64,000 nucleotides of DNA, taken from contig JAHJIX010000024.1 of assembly GCA_018823045.1 (NCBI GenBank), forward strand, positions 2,677 to 66,676. Reading direction: 5' to 3'. The translations under genes and the position numbers were made by a program. Numbering within the stretch: the stretch's first letter is position 1; the number at the start of each line of letters is the position of its first letter. Origin of the DNA: Patescibacteria group bacterium (GTDB taxonomy: Bacteria > Patescibacteriota > Patescibacteriia > Magasanikbacterales > UBA922). The notes beneath the pieces were generated by a model, which searched no databases, was not told the origin of the DNA, and saw only the letters and a program-made list of their open reading frames with translations. Shown piece by piece: positions 1 through 9,282 of the stretch.

Positions 1-1
1 T

Positions 2-3000
2 TGTAAGAACTGGTGTTATTTTTTGACCAATACGTCCATTACTATCATACACAAATTGTGTTTCATTCCCATTAGCGTCTGTTTCTTTTACCAGTCGCCC
101 TAAATTATCATAATCTTTACCCATGATAATATCTGCCAACGTTGTTCCGATACGTCGTGTTTCTAACAAACTCGCAGAAATATCTGTGGCATAAATAAAT
201 TCAGTGCGTTGATTCTTTTCATTCACCATCGCTGTTTTATGTCCTTCAATATCGTATTCGTAGGTTTTTGTTCCATTCAGTGGATTTGTTTCTGTTAATA
301 CATGCCCTTGGTTATCGTAGGTGTATGTATATACCTCACCCATTTGGTCAGTATAGCTTGTACGATTACCAAACGCATCATAGGTATATGATGTAGAAAT
401 AACTTGTTCTGTATTATCAGGAAGATACACTGTTTTTGTTTCTGATAACAAATAATTTCCATTTGCATCATAACTATATGTTGTCAGAGAACCTCGTGCA
501 TCAACATGAGTAAGTACATTTCCATAATTGTCATATGTAAACGATTGCGTTTGATTTAATGGATCAGTCACTGATAATATATTTCCATCACTCGGATCAA
601 TCGTATAGCTTGTAACGCGCTCAATAGCAGCAGCTTGAGGATCTGTCAAATCTGTTACGACTTGCTTTTCTTCTGTCACTCGATTAAAAGCGCCATAAGT
701 ATATAACACTTCAGTATGCCATGTATCAGTATCAGGCAGAATCATTTTTGTTACTCGACGATCAGCATCATATTCGTATTGTGTTGTCTTATTATTTTGA
801 TCAGTACTCGCAGTAACCATACCTTCTGCATTACGAGTTTCTACAATACTATTTCCACTCGTATCAGATTGATACACTTTTAAATGATCACTATTGTAAC
901 AATACTTTTCTGAATAAAAATCTACTTCGTCTTCATAATTTTTAATAAGCGTACAATAACTATCTCCAACAACAGTTGCATCTTCACCAAGATATGCTAA
1001 TTCCCAAACAAATCGTTTTGCACCCACAGCATCAACCATTGGATTATGCTCATATTGCTCCGTCGTTCTTCCTTCTGCGTCATATGTATTGTAGAGAATT
1101 GTTCCTCGTGCATCGGTATAGGTATACAAACGATACACATCGCCACCCGCATATTTTGCATAGGTAAATGTATCTGTTTTTGTCGTTGTTACCCCATCTG
1201 TAACAATAGTTTTTTGTACTTCTTTCAGTACTGGGATCTCACTATCTAGTGTTTCATACACATAATCAATAGTAGCACTATTATTTGGGTCAGCTATATT
1301 ATAATTCAATTGAACAATTTTATCCCAACGCTTATCATCATCGATACTTCCATAGCTTAATGACACAACTCGCCCAGAAGAATCAACAACAGATGAAAGC
1401 ATATCAACATCTCTTCGAGCAGTGTATGTAAATGCGGTTTCATTACCATTGGTGTCAAGGATACGCTCAAGCAAACCCATATTATCCGTGAGCTTGAGTG
1501 AGTAGTAATACTTTACCCCAGATAATTTTTCTAAAATTAAATATGTTTGTGTCGCATCTTCATACAATTTATCTGTTTGTCCTGCAGAAACATATTCACC
1601 ATTATCTAATTCAAAGATATTAGCAATATTTCCACCTTTGTATACAACAACTTTTCCGCTTGTTGGATCTTTATAATAATATTGATTATATGAATATTTC
1701 CATCCTAAACCAAACCGGGCGTTCTTTTCTGTTTTACTATTGTAATAACGAGTAAAATCAATATTTTCTCCACGACCTGGTAAACGCAAATCAATTTGTG
1801 TTAATTCAAATGAGCCTGTTCGTGCATCAATAGGATCTCCTACAGGAGTAATCGGCCCATTTGCATTTTCATTATTTTGACTATTATCCGTTGGATTTGT
1901 ATTTGGTACAACATCCGTATTTCCTTCTGTAGCTTCCCCTTTTTCTGTCACACCATCTCCATCATTATCTTGTGTACCACAAGCACTGCCACAAGTACTT
2001 CCACCACTTGCAGCCGGCTGTGCTTTTGTATCAAAATACCAAACACTTCCAGAAAAGGTCCCTTCTGCCCCTAAATCATCTTTTGCTCTCACTCGCCAAT
2101 AATACCGAGTTGAATAATTTAAATTACTTGCCCAAAAAATAGAATTGGCATTACCAGTCCATCCCGCATAGACAGGAGAAGAAAAATCTGAGTTATTATC
2201 AATTTCTACTCGGTAGTCGGCAATACCATTATCAGGATCTGAACATGCCCAATCGAGATTCAACGAGAGCTCTGTATTTGATGTTCCATTTGTAGGTGAA
2301 ACAAGTGTACAAGTGTTTGGTGCTTGATTAAAAGTATATTCTATTTTTGAAAAAAATCCATTACTATCATCATTTTCTGCAAGTTGATTTAAATCACTAT
2401 CATATAACCACATACGAGTATCTGGCTCTCCATTAGTAGGACCAGATGTCTCAATCGTCACAGCACTATTAACTCTCGAAAAAGAAAGATGGTATACTCC
2501 TATTTGATCTGGATTGAATCCATGCACTTTAATATAATAGCTCTGACTATTATATATAAAACGATACCAATCTTCATCACTATCAGTTAAATATGCATCA
2601 TTTCTTGTATAACTTGTTCCAGCCCCCAAATATTCAGCTGTACCACTTGTATCATTTGGTTCATATGGATCATATGTCACTGGTTCACTAATCGTTACTT
2701 GTTCATACACAACATTGTTTGTTTCATTAGATTCTCCAACAGCAGCCTCTCGATCTGCTCGAAATAAAATATAATATGTTCCAGGCCCATTATATGTCGA
2801 ATTAGCATTCAAAAAAGCTTCAGAAAATGTTATGTTTGCATATTCATCATTATATCCTCCCTGAGGAGATAACGCTGCGACTCCATCAGTTGCAATCAAA
2901 TAATCTAATGGATCCCACTGTGTATCTCGAGATAAATAATAACCCACCGAAGAAGCTGCACTAGCAGCACTTCCTTGATTAAGAATACGTACATCTAATC

Positions 3001-4720
3001 GTACTTGATCTCCAACAGTAATCGTATTATCACTAACTGATCGTGTACTAGGAATTAAATCCACGGTTGTTGCGGTAAGTTCTACTCGAATATATGGAGC
3101 ATAATCACCCGCTTCTTCTTTGGCATTAAATACCAATAATCGATCTTTCCAACTGGCTGGCGGTGTATTACCTGATGACCAATTTGCACTTGGCTCTAAC
3201 ATGACACCCCAATTAATTGCCCCTGCTTTCCACTGCTGTACTGAATCTGTTACATCAAAATCAACCCATCTCTGTGTATTAAAACTATCAAAAAATTCTT
3301 TCCAGGCATTTTCTCTCACCAAATCACCACGAAAATAATCATATGATAGTGCTGGAATATTATATGGAGGCCATGCTTTCGTTACACGCTTTGCTTCTAA
3401 ATTAACATATTGATCTGTTCCATTACCTAAATTATAATAATACATTTTTAATTGTGCATTATCAACATTTCCAGGTAAATTTGCATAATCAGCATCCGTG
3501 GTAACAATCAGATGTCGTGTATAATCATTCACACCACTTTCCCATAAACCAGTGTATAATCTACCGCCATTATGTTCTTCTGCAGAAGGACTTTGTGCAC
3601 CACCATTTAGCGCACGAAGATAAAAATCAAATTGATTACATGCTAAATAGTATGCTCCGCTATAATTTTCTTTACATGGATAATACACTGGGTCAATTAC
3701 TACAGGATACACTCGTTCTTTTGCAGCTAAATATGCTCCAGGCACTTTTAATCCAATTCGCATATGCCGTTCATCATAATTAACCTCCACAATTTGATCT
3801 AAACCAATATGAGATAATTCTCGATACATATCTGTATCTTCTTGGGAATCAAACATAATTGCTCCACTAATACGCAGCTCACTTTGATCTGGAAGCATAA
3901 TACGAACAACTTCATTATTCTCTAATACAGTTGTGCCATTAATCATGTCTTCACCAACCAAAACGTCACTCCCTTTTGGTAAATCATATTCTTCCCAAAA
4001 AATAATGGTTTCTTCTGGAGAAATATCCTCTAGTTTTGATTGAATAATAATTTTTCTTTCTCGAGTGAATGTTTTGTCATGAAAGACAACATCAATGCCT
4101 GGATATAGATTATTAATTGTAGAAATAGAAGTAAAAGCATTTTTTGTATGACGTACATCACCAGCTGATGGTTTTTGAGTTGTGTCCCCTGCTTCTGTCA
4201 CAATATCTAATTCCCCTGCACTAATACTGACAAAATACCCATCTTCTGATGAAGGAGTACTATATTGATAGCCAATATGTTTTTCTACTGATGTAAAGCG
4301 TGAACTATCTGTCTGTTGAAACAAATTCCATCCTTTTGGTTGAAGCTGCGTTTTTCCTGTTTTTTCATCAACAAATACTGGCCGTGGTGTTTGATAAATA
4401 TTCCATACTTGATTTCCATTTTCTTTATATGCAACATCCCGTACACTATCTACAACCAAAAACTCTAAATTTTCTTCCAATTTTTCTTCTATTACTTGCG
4501 CAACAAACAAACTTTTTACCGGATCAACCACAGTATCTTTAACAAATGTACTGGCAGTAGATAAAAAAGATGTTACCCCCTCCATAATTGGATGAGATTC
4601 TTCTTCCACTTTTTCTACTGGAATATACGGTTCTGCTGTTTGTGCAAAGACAGACAATGTTGGAAATAGGGCAAATTGAACTGCAAGACTAAAAATAATG
4701 ATTTTTTTGAATGTATTCAT
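2..4720 (-). CDS. RHS/YD-repeat family secreted protein, N-terminal ~1573 aa; the C-terminal end lies beyond the window start
   Basis: Hand translation of the minus strand from an ATG at 4720. It is preceded by an in-frame TGA and lies 11 nt after the stop of the upstream gene. The frame stays open to position 2; the last codons give QFVYDSNGRIGQKITPVLT. The ORF track omits it because there is no stop in the window. Features read: signal peptide MNTFKKIIIFSLAVQFALFPTLSVFAQ; two CARDB-like modules ending in the E.NE.NN motif (GESNETNNVVYEQ); a PPC-like motif EPNDT...DSDEDWYRF; an FN3-like segment; then classic YD repeats (YTYDAFGNRTSY, YTYDNQGHVL, YEYDIEGHKTAM, VYDSNGRIG) and an N-terminal RHS block GLGWKYSYNQYYY. 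Confidence 0.7.
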   Translation of the reverse strand, partial: MNTFKKIIIFSLAVQFALFPTLSVFAQTAEPYIPVEKVEEESHPIMEGVTSFLSTASTFVKDTVVDPVKSLFVAQVIEEKLEENLEFLVVDSVRDVAYKENGNQVWNIYQTPRPVFVDEKTGKTQLQPKGWNLFQQTDSSRFTSVEKHIGYQYSTPSSEDGYFVSISAGELDIVTEAGDTTQKPSAGDVRHTKNAFTSISTINNLYPGIDVVFHDKTFTRERKIIIQSKLEDISPEETIIFWEEYDLPKGSDVLVGEDMINGTTVLENNEVVRIMLPDQSELRISGAIMFDSQEDTDMYRELSHIGLDQIVEVNYDERHMRIGLKVPGAYLAAKERVYPVVIDPVYYPCKENYSGAYYLACNQFDFYLRALNGGAQSPSAEEHNGGRLYTGLWESGVNDYTRHLIVTTDADYANLPGNVDNAQLKMYYYNLGNGTDQYVNLEAKRVTKAWPPYNIPALSYDYFRGDLVRENAWKEFFDSFNTQRWVDFDVTDSVQQWKAGAINWGVMLEPSANWSSGNTPPASWKDRLLVFNAKEEAGDYAPYIRVELTATTVDLIPSTRSVSDNTITVGDQVRLDVRILNQGSAASAASSVGYYLSRDTQWDPLDYLIATDGVAALSPQGGYNDEYANITFSEAFLNANSTYNGPGTYYILFRADREAAVGESNETNNVVYEQVTISEPVTYDPYEPNDTSGTAEYLGAGTSYTRNDAYLTDSDEDWYRFIYNSQSYYIKVHGFNPDQIGVYHLSFSRVNSAVTIETSGPTNGEPDTRMWLYDSDLNQLAENDDSNGFFSKIEYTFNQAPNTCTLVSPTNGTSNTELSLNLDWACSDPDNGIADYRVEIDNNSDFSSPVYAGWTGNANSIFWASNLNYSTRYYWRVRAKDDLGAEGTFSGSVWYFDTKAQPAASGGSTCGSACGTQDNDGDGVTEKGEATEGNTDVVPNTNPTDNSQNNENANGPITPVGDPIDARTGSFELTQIDLRLPGRGENIDFTRYYNSKTEKNARFGLGWKYSYNQYYYKDPTSGKVVVYKGGNIANIFELDNGEYVSAGQTDKLYEDATQTYLILEKLSGVKYYYSLKLTDNMGLLERILDTNGNETAFTYTARRDVDMLSSVVDSSGRVVSLSYGSIDDDKRWDKIVQLNYNIADPNNSATIDYVYETLDSEIPVLKEVQKTIVTDGVTTTKTDTFTYAKYAGGDVYRLYTYTDARGTILYNTYDAEGRTTEQYEHNPMVDAVGAKRFVWELAYLGEDATVVGDSYCTLIKNYEDEVDFYSEKYCYNSDHLKVYQSDTSGNSIVETRNAEGMVTASTDQNNKTTQYEYDADRRVTKMILPDTDTWHTEVLYTYGAFNRVTEEKQVVTDLTDPQAAAIERVTSYTIDPSDGNILSVTDPLNQTQSFTYDNYGNVLTHVDARGSLTTYSYDANGNYLLSETKTVYLPDNTEQVISTSYTYDAFGNRTSYTDQMGEVYTYTYDNQGHVLTETNPLNGTKTYEYDIEGHKTAMVNEKNQRTEFIYATDISASLLETRRIGTTLADIIMGKDYDNLGRLVKETDANGNETQFVYDSNGRIGQKITPVLT

Positions 4721-4731
4721 ATTATTGATGA

Positions 4732-7467
4732 TTATTGGATAATTTCAGTAACGATAATGTCATCAATAAAGGCCTGCCCTTCACCAAGACTAAATCGGAG
4801 GATTGGATTATCAGTAGTAAATGCAGCTCCATCAATCATGAAGAAATGCTCGCGCCATTCTCCATCTGTTGCATATGATTTTTTCTGAGGAATTCCACTT
4901 ACTGGTCCATTTGCACTATTATCTCCAATAATTGCATACAATGTTCCTGTATTTACTTTATACCAAAATGACAGTTCATAATCTTTGTCTGCATCAAATC
5001 GAAGTCCTTCTTGCAATACACCACCACTACTATTATCTATACCGCCAATTTCAAGTGATTGTACTCCACCATGCATATCAAGAACACTTTTACGCCAGTT
5101 TGTATTGCCACCCCATCCACGCCAATCATCTGTACCAATTTTTTCCATATCTCCATCAACAATTGAAGGTAAGACTTCTATTTCTGTTACTTCAATATCA
5201 TCAACAAATACTTGTCCGTCTCGCATACTCATACGAAATATTGGATTATTTGATACAAACCATGCACCATCAACAATAAATGTATGTTGTTTCCATGTGG
5301 CATCCGCATTTCCTGTCACAAAAGAAGTACCACTATTCACTGCAGCATTTGCACTATTGTCACCAATAATAGCATAAAATTTCCCTGCATTAAGCTTATA
5401 CCAAAATGAAACTTGATATTTCTTTGTCTTCTCAAATTTGAGGCCATCTTGAAGCACACCAGAACTACCATGCAATGCATCACCCACTTCTAAGGATTGA
5501 CTGCCTCCATGTACTTCTGCAACACTTTTACGCCAGTTTGTATTTCCACCCCATCCACGCCAATCATCTGTACCAATTTTTTCTAGATCAGCATCTTTCA
5601 ATACATCAACTACTGCAATTTCTTCAATTTGTATATCATCGATATATGCTTCACCAGACAACACACTTAATCTCACCCTAAAATCTTCTACAAAGTCAGC
5701 AGGGACAGTAAATTGTCTTTCATATACTTGCCAATCAGCACTGACTTGTGTCAACGCGTCAGGCGCAATTTCCATATCGGCATTTGAACTCCGAATCCCT
5801 AATATACTATATAATTCCCCTGACAACAATTTATATTTAAATCGAAATACGTATGTACCACCTGCTTGCACAGGCACATTTACTTGTTGAATTCCTGCAT
5901 GCACTGCGCCTTGTGAATCAATATATGATGAATACTCACCCTGATACGCTTCAACTGTTGTTTTAAATAAATAATCAACATTATTTGGTCGTCCCCAACG
6001 ACGCCACTCATTATTCATATCTTCCATATCGCCATCTACCACAATATTTCTTTGTGGCTCTCCGGTTAAAGTAACTGTATATACTCCAGTATCAGGGTCA
6101 TTACTCTCTACCACAACATCAATACTTATCGGTAATGCACTGTCTGTTGGTGTTAACTCAAGAGTAATGACTTCTTTGGCACCTACATCAAGACTGTCTA
6201 CTTGATGACTAAGCGTACAACTAGTATTTACGAGATTAATACAACGTATACTATCAATAGATAAGTCTACATTTCCATTATTTTGAAGCGTGATACTCTT
6301 TTGCCCCGCGCCAAGATCATCTATATACACATAACCTATATCAACACTTGTTCCAGAGGCAACGTCAACCATATCTACTTGAATTGCCATATTTGGCTCA
6401 ACGTCAGTCACCACCATGGTAATATAGCTCCAAATTGACCTCACTGTTTTCTTTATTCCATTCCACAAAGAAAATCCTGTATTATTTTCTGTTGAAAATA
6501 CTTGCCCTTCATACATATCCGCTGCGGGAAGATCCATTGAAACAAAAGATTGTTCATCTGAAATTGTTTCAATAATTTGTCCATCTTGACTGATCACATA
6601 TTGTTGTTTTTTTGCACCTGGTACAATAATTTCTTTTCCTACATGTTCTTCTGAAATATCAAGTAACAACGGTTGAGCAAGTGGCATATCATCAATATCA
6701 ACAGGAAACCCCGCAATCATCACTCCATTTTGTGTATTAAATGCAACAATATCGCCATTACGATCTACACCATAAATACGATCATTCCCGTTATCTACCA
6801 ATGGATAAATAACTGCCGTATCAATAATAAAAGTATTTGACAACGTCCATGTTTGTTCTTGTGTTTGTGTATAGACCTCTATTTTTTGTAACTCAGGATA
6901 TGAGACGAATATATCTTGTGTTCCTGCCATATACCCAAGTGTTGCAGGATTTCCAAGAGTGAGTACGCTTGTTACTCCTAAACTTCCAGCATTCCATACC
7001 ACCTGATACACAACACCAGCAGTATCTACAATCAACAGTGATTCTTCAGTAGTAGCAAACCCATCAATAACGATTGGATCATAATAAATATCAGTATTTC
7101 CAAGCACTATTCGATCAAGTTCTTGTGCTCTACTATCAAATAATGCTACGGCATATTGCCCGTTACTTTGCTTTACAACGACAGCAATTTCATTATATGC
7201 ATCACCCTGCATATTTGCGAGTATAGGTGAGCTTACATACGTTTCATCAACTAACAGTAGAGGAAAATCACTCATAATATTTCCATCATAACTCCAAAGC
7301 TCTAGCACTCCATCTTCAGTCACTATTGCTCGCTCCGGTCCTTGTGTGAGCGGAGTTGTATCTCCAAGTGCTGGAGAAAACTGTGCATGCCGTGCATATA
7401 CAGGCAAAGCTGTCAGTAAAACACCCAAAGTAAGCATCACACCAAACAATGTTTTTTTCTTATACAT
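4732..7467 (-). CDS. secreted protein with three tandem CBM4/9-like beta-sandwich modules at the C-terminus; paralog of 44648..46156
   Basis: ORF track 4732..7515. The start is more likely the internal ATG at 7467, which gives the signal peptide MYKKKTLFGVMLTLGVLLTALPVYA. Three ~150-aa repeats begin VVDGDMEDMNNEWRRWG / GTDDWRGWGGNTNWRKS and end in DDI.V.EI, the typical CBM_4_9 pattern. These share long identical stretches with the 502-aa protein at 44648..46156. Confidence 0.6.
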   Translation of the reverse strand: MYKKKTLFGVMLTLGVLLTALPVYARHAQFSPALGDTTPLTQGPERAIVTEDGVLELWSYDGNIMSDFPLLLVDETYVSSPILANMQGDAYNEIAVVVKQSNGQYAVALFDSRAQELDRIVLGNTDIYYDPIVIDGFATTEESLLIVDTAGVVYQVVWNAGSLGVTSVLTLGNPATLGYMAGTQDIFVSYPELQKIEVYTQTQEQTWTLSNTFIIDTAVIYPLVDNGNDRIYGVDRNGDIVAFNTQNGVMIAGFPVDIDDMPLAQPLLLDISEEHVGKEIIVPGAKKQQYVISQDGQIIETISDEQSFVSMDLPAADMYEGQVFSTENNTGFSLWNGIKKTVRSIWSYITMVVTDVEPNMAIQVDMVDVASGTSVDIGYVYIDDLGAGQKSITLQNNGNVDLSIDSIRCINLVNTSCTLSHQVDSLDVGAKEVITLELTPTDSALPISIDVVVESNDPDTGVYTVTLTGEPQRNIVVDGDMEDMNNEWRRWGRPNNVDYLFKTTVEAYQGEYSSYIDSQGAVHAGIQQVNVPVQAGGTYVFRFKYKLLSGELYSILGIRSSNADMEIAPDALTQVSADWQVYERQFTVPADFVEDFRVRLSVLSGEAYIDDIQIEEIAVVDVLKDADLEKIGTDDWRGWGGNTNWRKSVAEVHGGSQSLEVGDALHGSSGVLQDGLKFEKTKKYQVSFWYKLNAGKFYAIIGDNSANAAVNSGTSFVTGNADATWKQHTFIVDGAWFVSNNPIFRMSMRDGQVFVDDIEVTEIEVLPSIVDGDMEKIGTDDWRGWGGNTNWRKSVLDMHGGVQSLEIGGIDNSSGGVLQEGLRFDADKDYELSFWYKVNTGTLYAIIGDNSANGPVSGIPQKKSYATDGEWREHFFMIDGAAFTTDNPILRFSLGEGQAFIDDIIVTEIIQ

Positions 7468-7613
7468 AGAGCAAGAAATTAAAAAAAACGCAAAATAAAG
7501 CGTCTTTGTGAACAAAAATTAGATACAGGCTGATAGATTGTTACCCCTCGATAAATCATCCTATTGTATTATATCGTATTTAGTGTATCATACTTTAAAA
7601 AAAGGTCAAGAAA

Positions 7614-7646
7614 AACAAAAAAATAAGCAATAATACTTATTTTTTC
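7614..7646. terminator. hairpin with T-runs on both strands, placed after tRNA-Ser(GCU)
   Basis: aataag-caataata-cttatt followed by tttttt on the plus strand. On the minus strand the complement reads aaaaaataagtattattgcttattttttt directly after the tRNA 3' end. Confidence 0.5.
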
Positions 7647-7649
7647 TCT

Positions 7650-7738
7650 GCGGAGAGGGCGGGATTCGAACCCGCGGTCCGGTTTGACCCAGACAACACA
7701 TTAGCAGTGTGCCACTTTCGGCCTCTCAGTCACCTCTC
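7650..7738 (-). tRNA. tRNA-Ser(GCU), type II with long variable arm; CCA not encoded
   Basis: The reverse complement reads GGAGAGGTGACTGAGAGGCCGAAAGTGGCACACTGCTAATGTGTTGTCTGGGTCAAACCGGACCGCGGGTTCGAATCCCGCCCTCTCCG. Acceptor stem is GGAGAGG/CCTCTCC. Anticodon stem is GCACA/TGTGT with loop CTGCTAA, giving anticodon GCT. The variable stem-loop is long. T stem is GCGGG/CCCGC with loop TTCGAAT. Confidence 0.8.
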
Positions 7739-7801
7739 CATTAATTGTATACACGGATGGATTTTTTCACTCTAATAGGCCTACAATACTGCCTTTTTTG
7801 T

Positions 7802-7891
7802 GTGGCGGAGAGACAGGGATTCGAACCCTGGGAAGGCTTTCACCTTCAACGGTTTTCAAGACCGCCGCCTTCAACCGCTCAGCCATCTCTC
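7802..7891 (-). tRNA. tRNA-Ser(UGA), type II; CCA encoded
   Basis: The reverse complement reads GGAGAGATGGCTGAGCGGTTGAAGGCGGCGGTCTTGAAAACCGTTGAAGGTGAAAGCCTTCCCAGGGTTCGAATCCCTGTCTCTCCGCCA. The anticodon loop is CTTGAAA, giving anticodon TGA. There is a long variable arm, and the T stem is CAGGG/CCCTG. Confidence 0.8.
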
Positions 7892-7943
7892 CATATATAT
7901 TTAGTTGTTACGAGGGTCATTATATACTATTTTTAAATATTCG

Positions 7944-8678
7944 TCAATATCTTCTCTTTTTACTCCTCAATACCCCCCGAGCAACACTAAACCCCCATAC
8001 ACTATGCCCTTGCTCCTTTAATACTCGCGCAGCCTCCTGCATAGTTGCTCCAGTCGTATATACATCATCAACCAATAGTATATTTTCCCCAACGTGTTCT
8101 TGTGAAATATAAGCAAAAGCATCTTTTACATTTAACAAACGATCTTCTTTATTACACAGTGCTTGCTGTTTTGTCTGACGAGTACGTTGTAATAATTTTT
8201 GCTGTGAAATATTCAATTGCTTAGCTAAAATACTCGCAATATACTCTGATTGGTTAAATCCACGCTCTGCATAACGTTTTTTATGTAATGGAATAGCCAC
8301 CACAACATCAATTTTTTCATATACTTCTGGATATTTTTCCAACAACTGTTTAATACCTTCTTCTACGTATTGTATGCAGTCTTCTTCAAACTGATATTTC
8401 ACTCGATCAATAGCTTGAACCAAGACCAAATCCATATCATACGGGCACAGTGCAATATGTTGCTTTAAGTTTGACAAAGCCCGACAAGAAATACACACTT
8501 GTCCAAATTCTTGATCTATCTGACATATTGGACACAAAAACATCTCTTGAATCGAGATGTTTTGTTTACATGTTTTACAACAAACATTTCCCTCTTTTTT
8601 ACAGACTAAACAATAACTAGGAAATAATGCATCCAGACAACACTGTATGGCTCGCTTCCCCCATCTTGCGAGCAGCAT
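7944..8678 (-). CDS. comFC: ComF/ComFC-family competence protein (double zinc-ribbon N-terminus plus phosphoribosyltransferase domain)
   Basis: N-terminal Cys pairs CLVCKK..CCKTC...CPICQ...CISC. The PRTase signature ILLVDDVYTTGATMQEAARVL is present, with an RGFNQSEYIA...QQALCNKEDRLLNVKDAF middle block typical of ComF. Its ATG at 8678 lies 2 nt from the stop of the upstream gene (8681), so it appears to be in the same operon. Confidence 0.8.
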   Translation of the reverse strand: MLLARWGKRAIQCCLDALFPSYCLVCKKEGNVCCKTCKQNISIQEMFLCPICQIDQEFGQVCISCRALSNLKQHIALCPYDMDLVLVQAIDRVKYQFEEDCIQYVEEGIKQLLEKYPEVYEKIDVVVAIPLHKKRYAERGFNQSEYIASILAKQLNISQQKLLQRTRQTKQQALCNKEDRLLNVKDAFAYISQEHVGENILLVDDVYTTGATMQEAARVLKEQGHSVWGFSVARGVLRSKKRRY

Positions 8679-8680
8679 AG

Positions 8681-9256
8681 CTATTCTGTTTTATCCCAAT
8701 AAAATCCGTCAATCTTCCACTCTCCATTTACTTTTACTAATTCAACACGCCCATCTTTTTGTGTTATTTCTTGCTCATCCATGCTTTCTTTTATTTGTTG
8801 TGTATTTACTATTACAATCGCAGTGCTTTCATCCATTTCTTGCAATTGACTTGCAATTACTTGTGTTGAAACTCCCTCATACTCACGTGTATTTACTTCA
8901 CGCTGCGTTTCTAACCATGCGGCCATCGCAGGCATGACCATCGGTAGTACGTCATCAATATGTCGATTGTCATTTTGTGTTGATTCACTTGCAAAACGTT
9001 CAACAAAGATACGAGAAACTTGGCGTACATAACGCTCTCCCATATCTTCTGTCAACGGTGGCACCACTACTTCTTGCTGTACTGCTCTTGTCTGATTTAA
9101 ATCAACAACAGGTTCACCTTCATCTACAATAGTATCAGGAAGGACATCCACAACAACAGGCTCTCTTTTTTGAAATAAATAGAACAAAATAAACACTAAA
9201 ATAATACCAATAACAACACTGATAATGATAAAAAGTCTTTTTCGGAGATCTAACAT
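8681..9256 (-). CDS. hypothetical bitopic membrane protein (N-terminal TM, ~160-aa extracytoplasmic domain) within the T4SS-like operon
   Basis: A single TM helix at FIIISVVIGIILVFILFYLF sits near the N-terminus. It is tightly packed between the VirB4-like gene and comFC. The size and topology are compatible with VirB8/TcpC-like components, but no motif was recognised. Confidence 0.45.
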   Translation of the reverse strand: MLDLRKRLFIIISVVIGIILVFILFYLFQKREPVVVDVLPDTIVDEGEPVVDLNQTRAVQQEVVVPPLTEDMGERYVRQVSRIFVERFASESTQNDNRHIDDVLPMVMPAMAAWLETQREVNTREYEGVSTQVIASQLQEMDESTAIVIVNTQQIKESMDEQEITQKDGRVELVKVNGEWKIDGFYWDKTE

Positions 9257-9282
9257 ATAATATATATTACTTAAACAAGAAA

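Noticed and set aside
4932-5681. Plus-strand ORFs of 68-130 aa (4932..5279, 4985..5377, 5475..5681) inside the 927-aa gene, with similar sequences to one another
   Set aside because: They are antisense shadows of the repeated CBM-module coding sequence. Their similarity merely mirrors the protein repeats on the minus strand.
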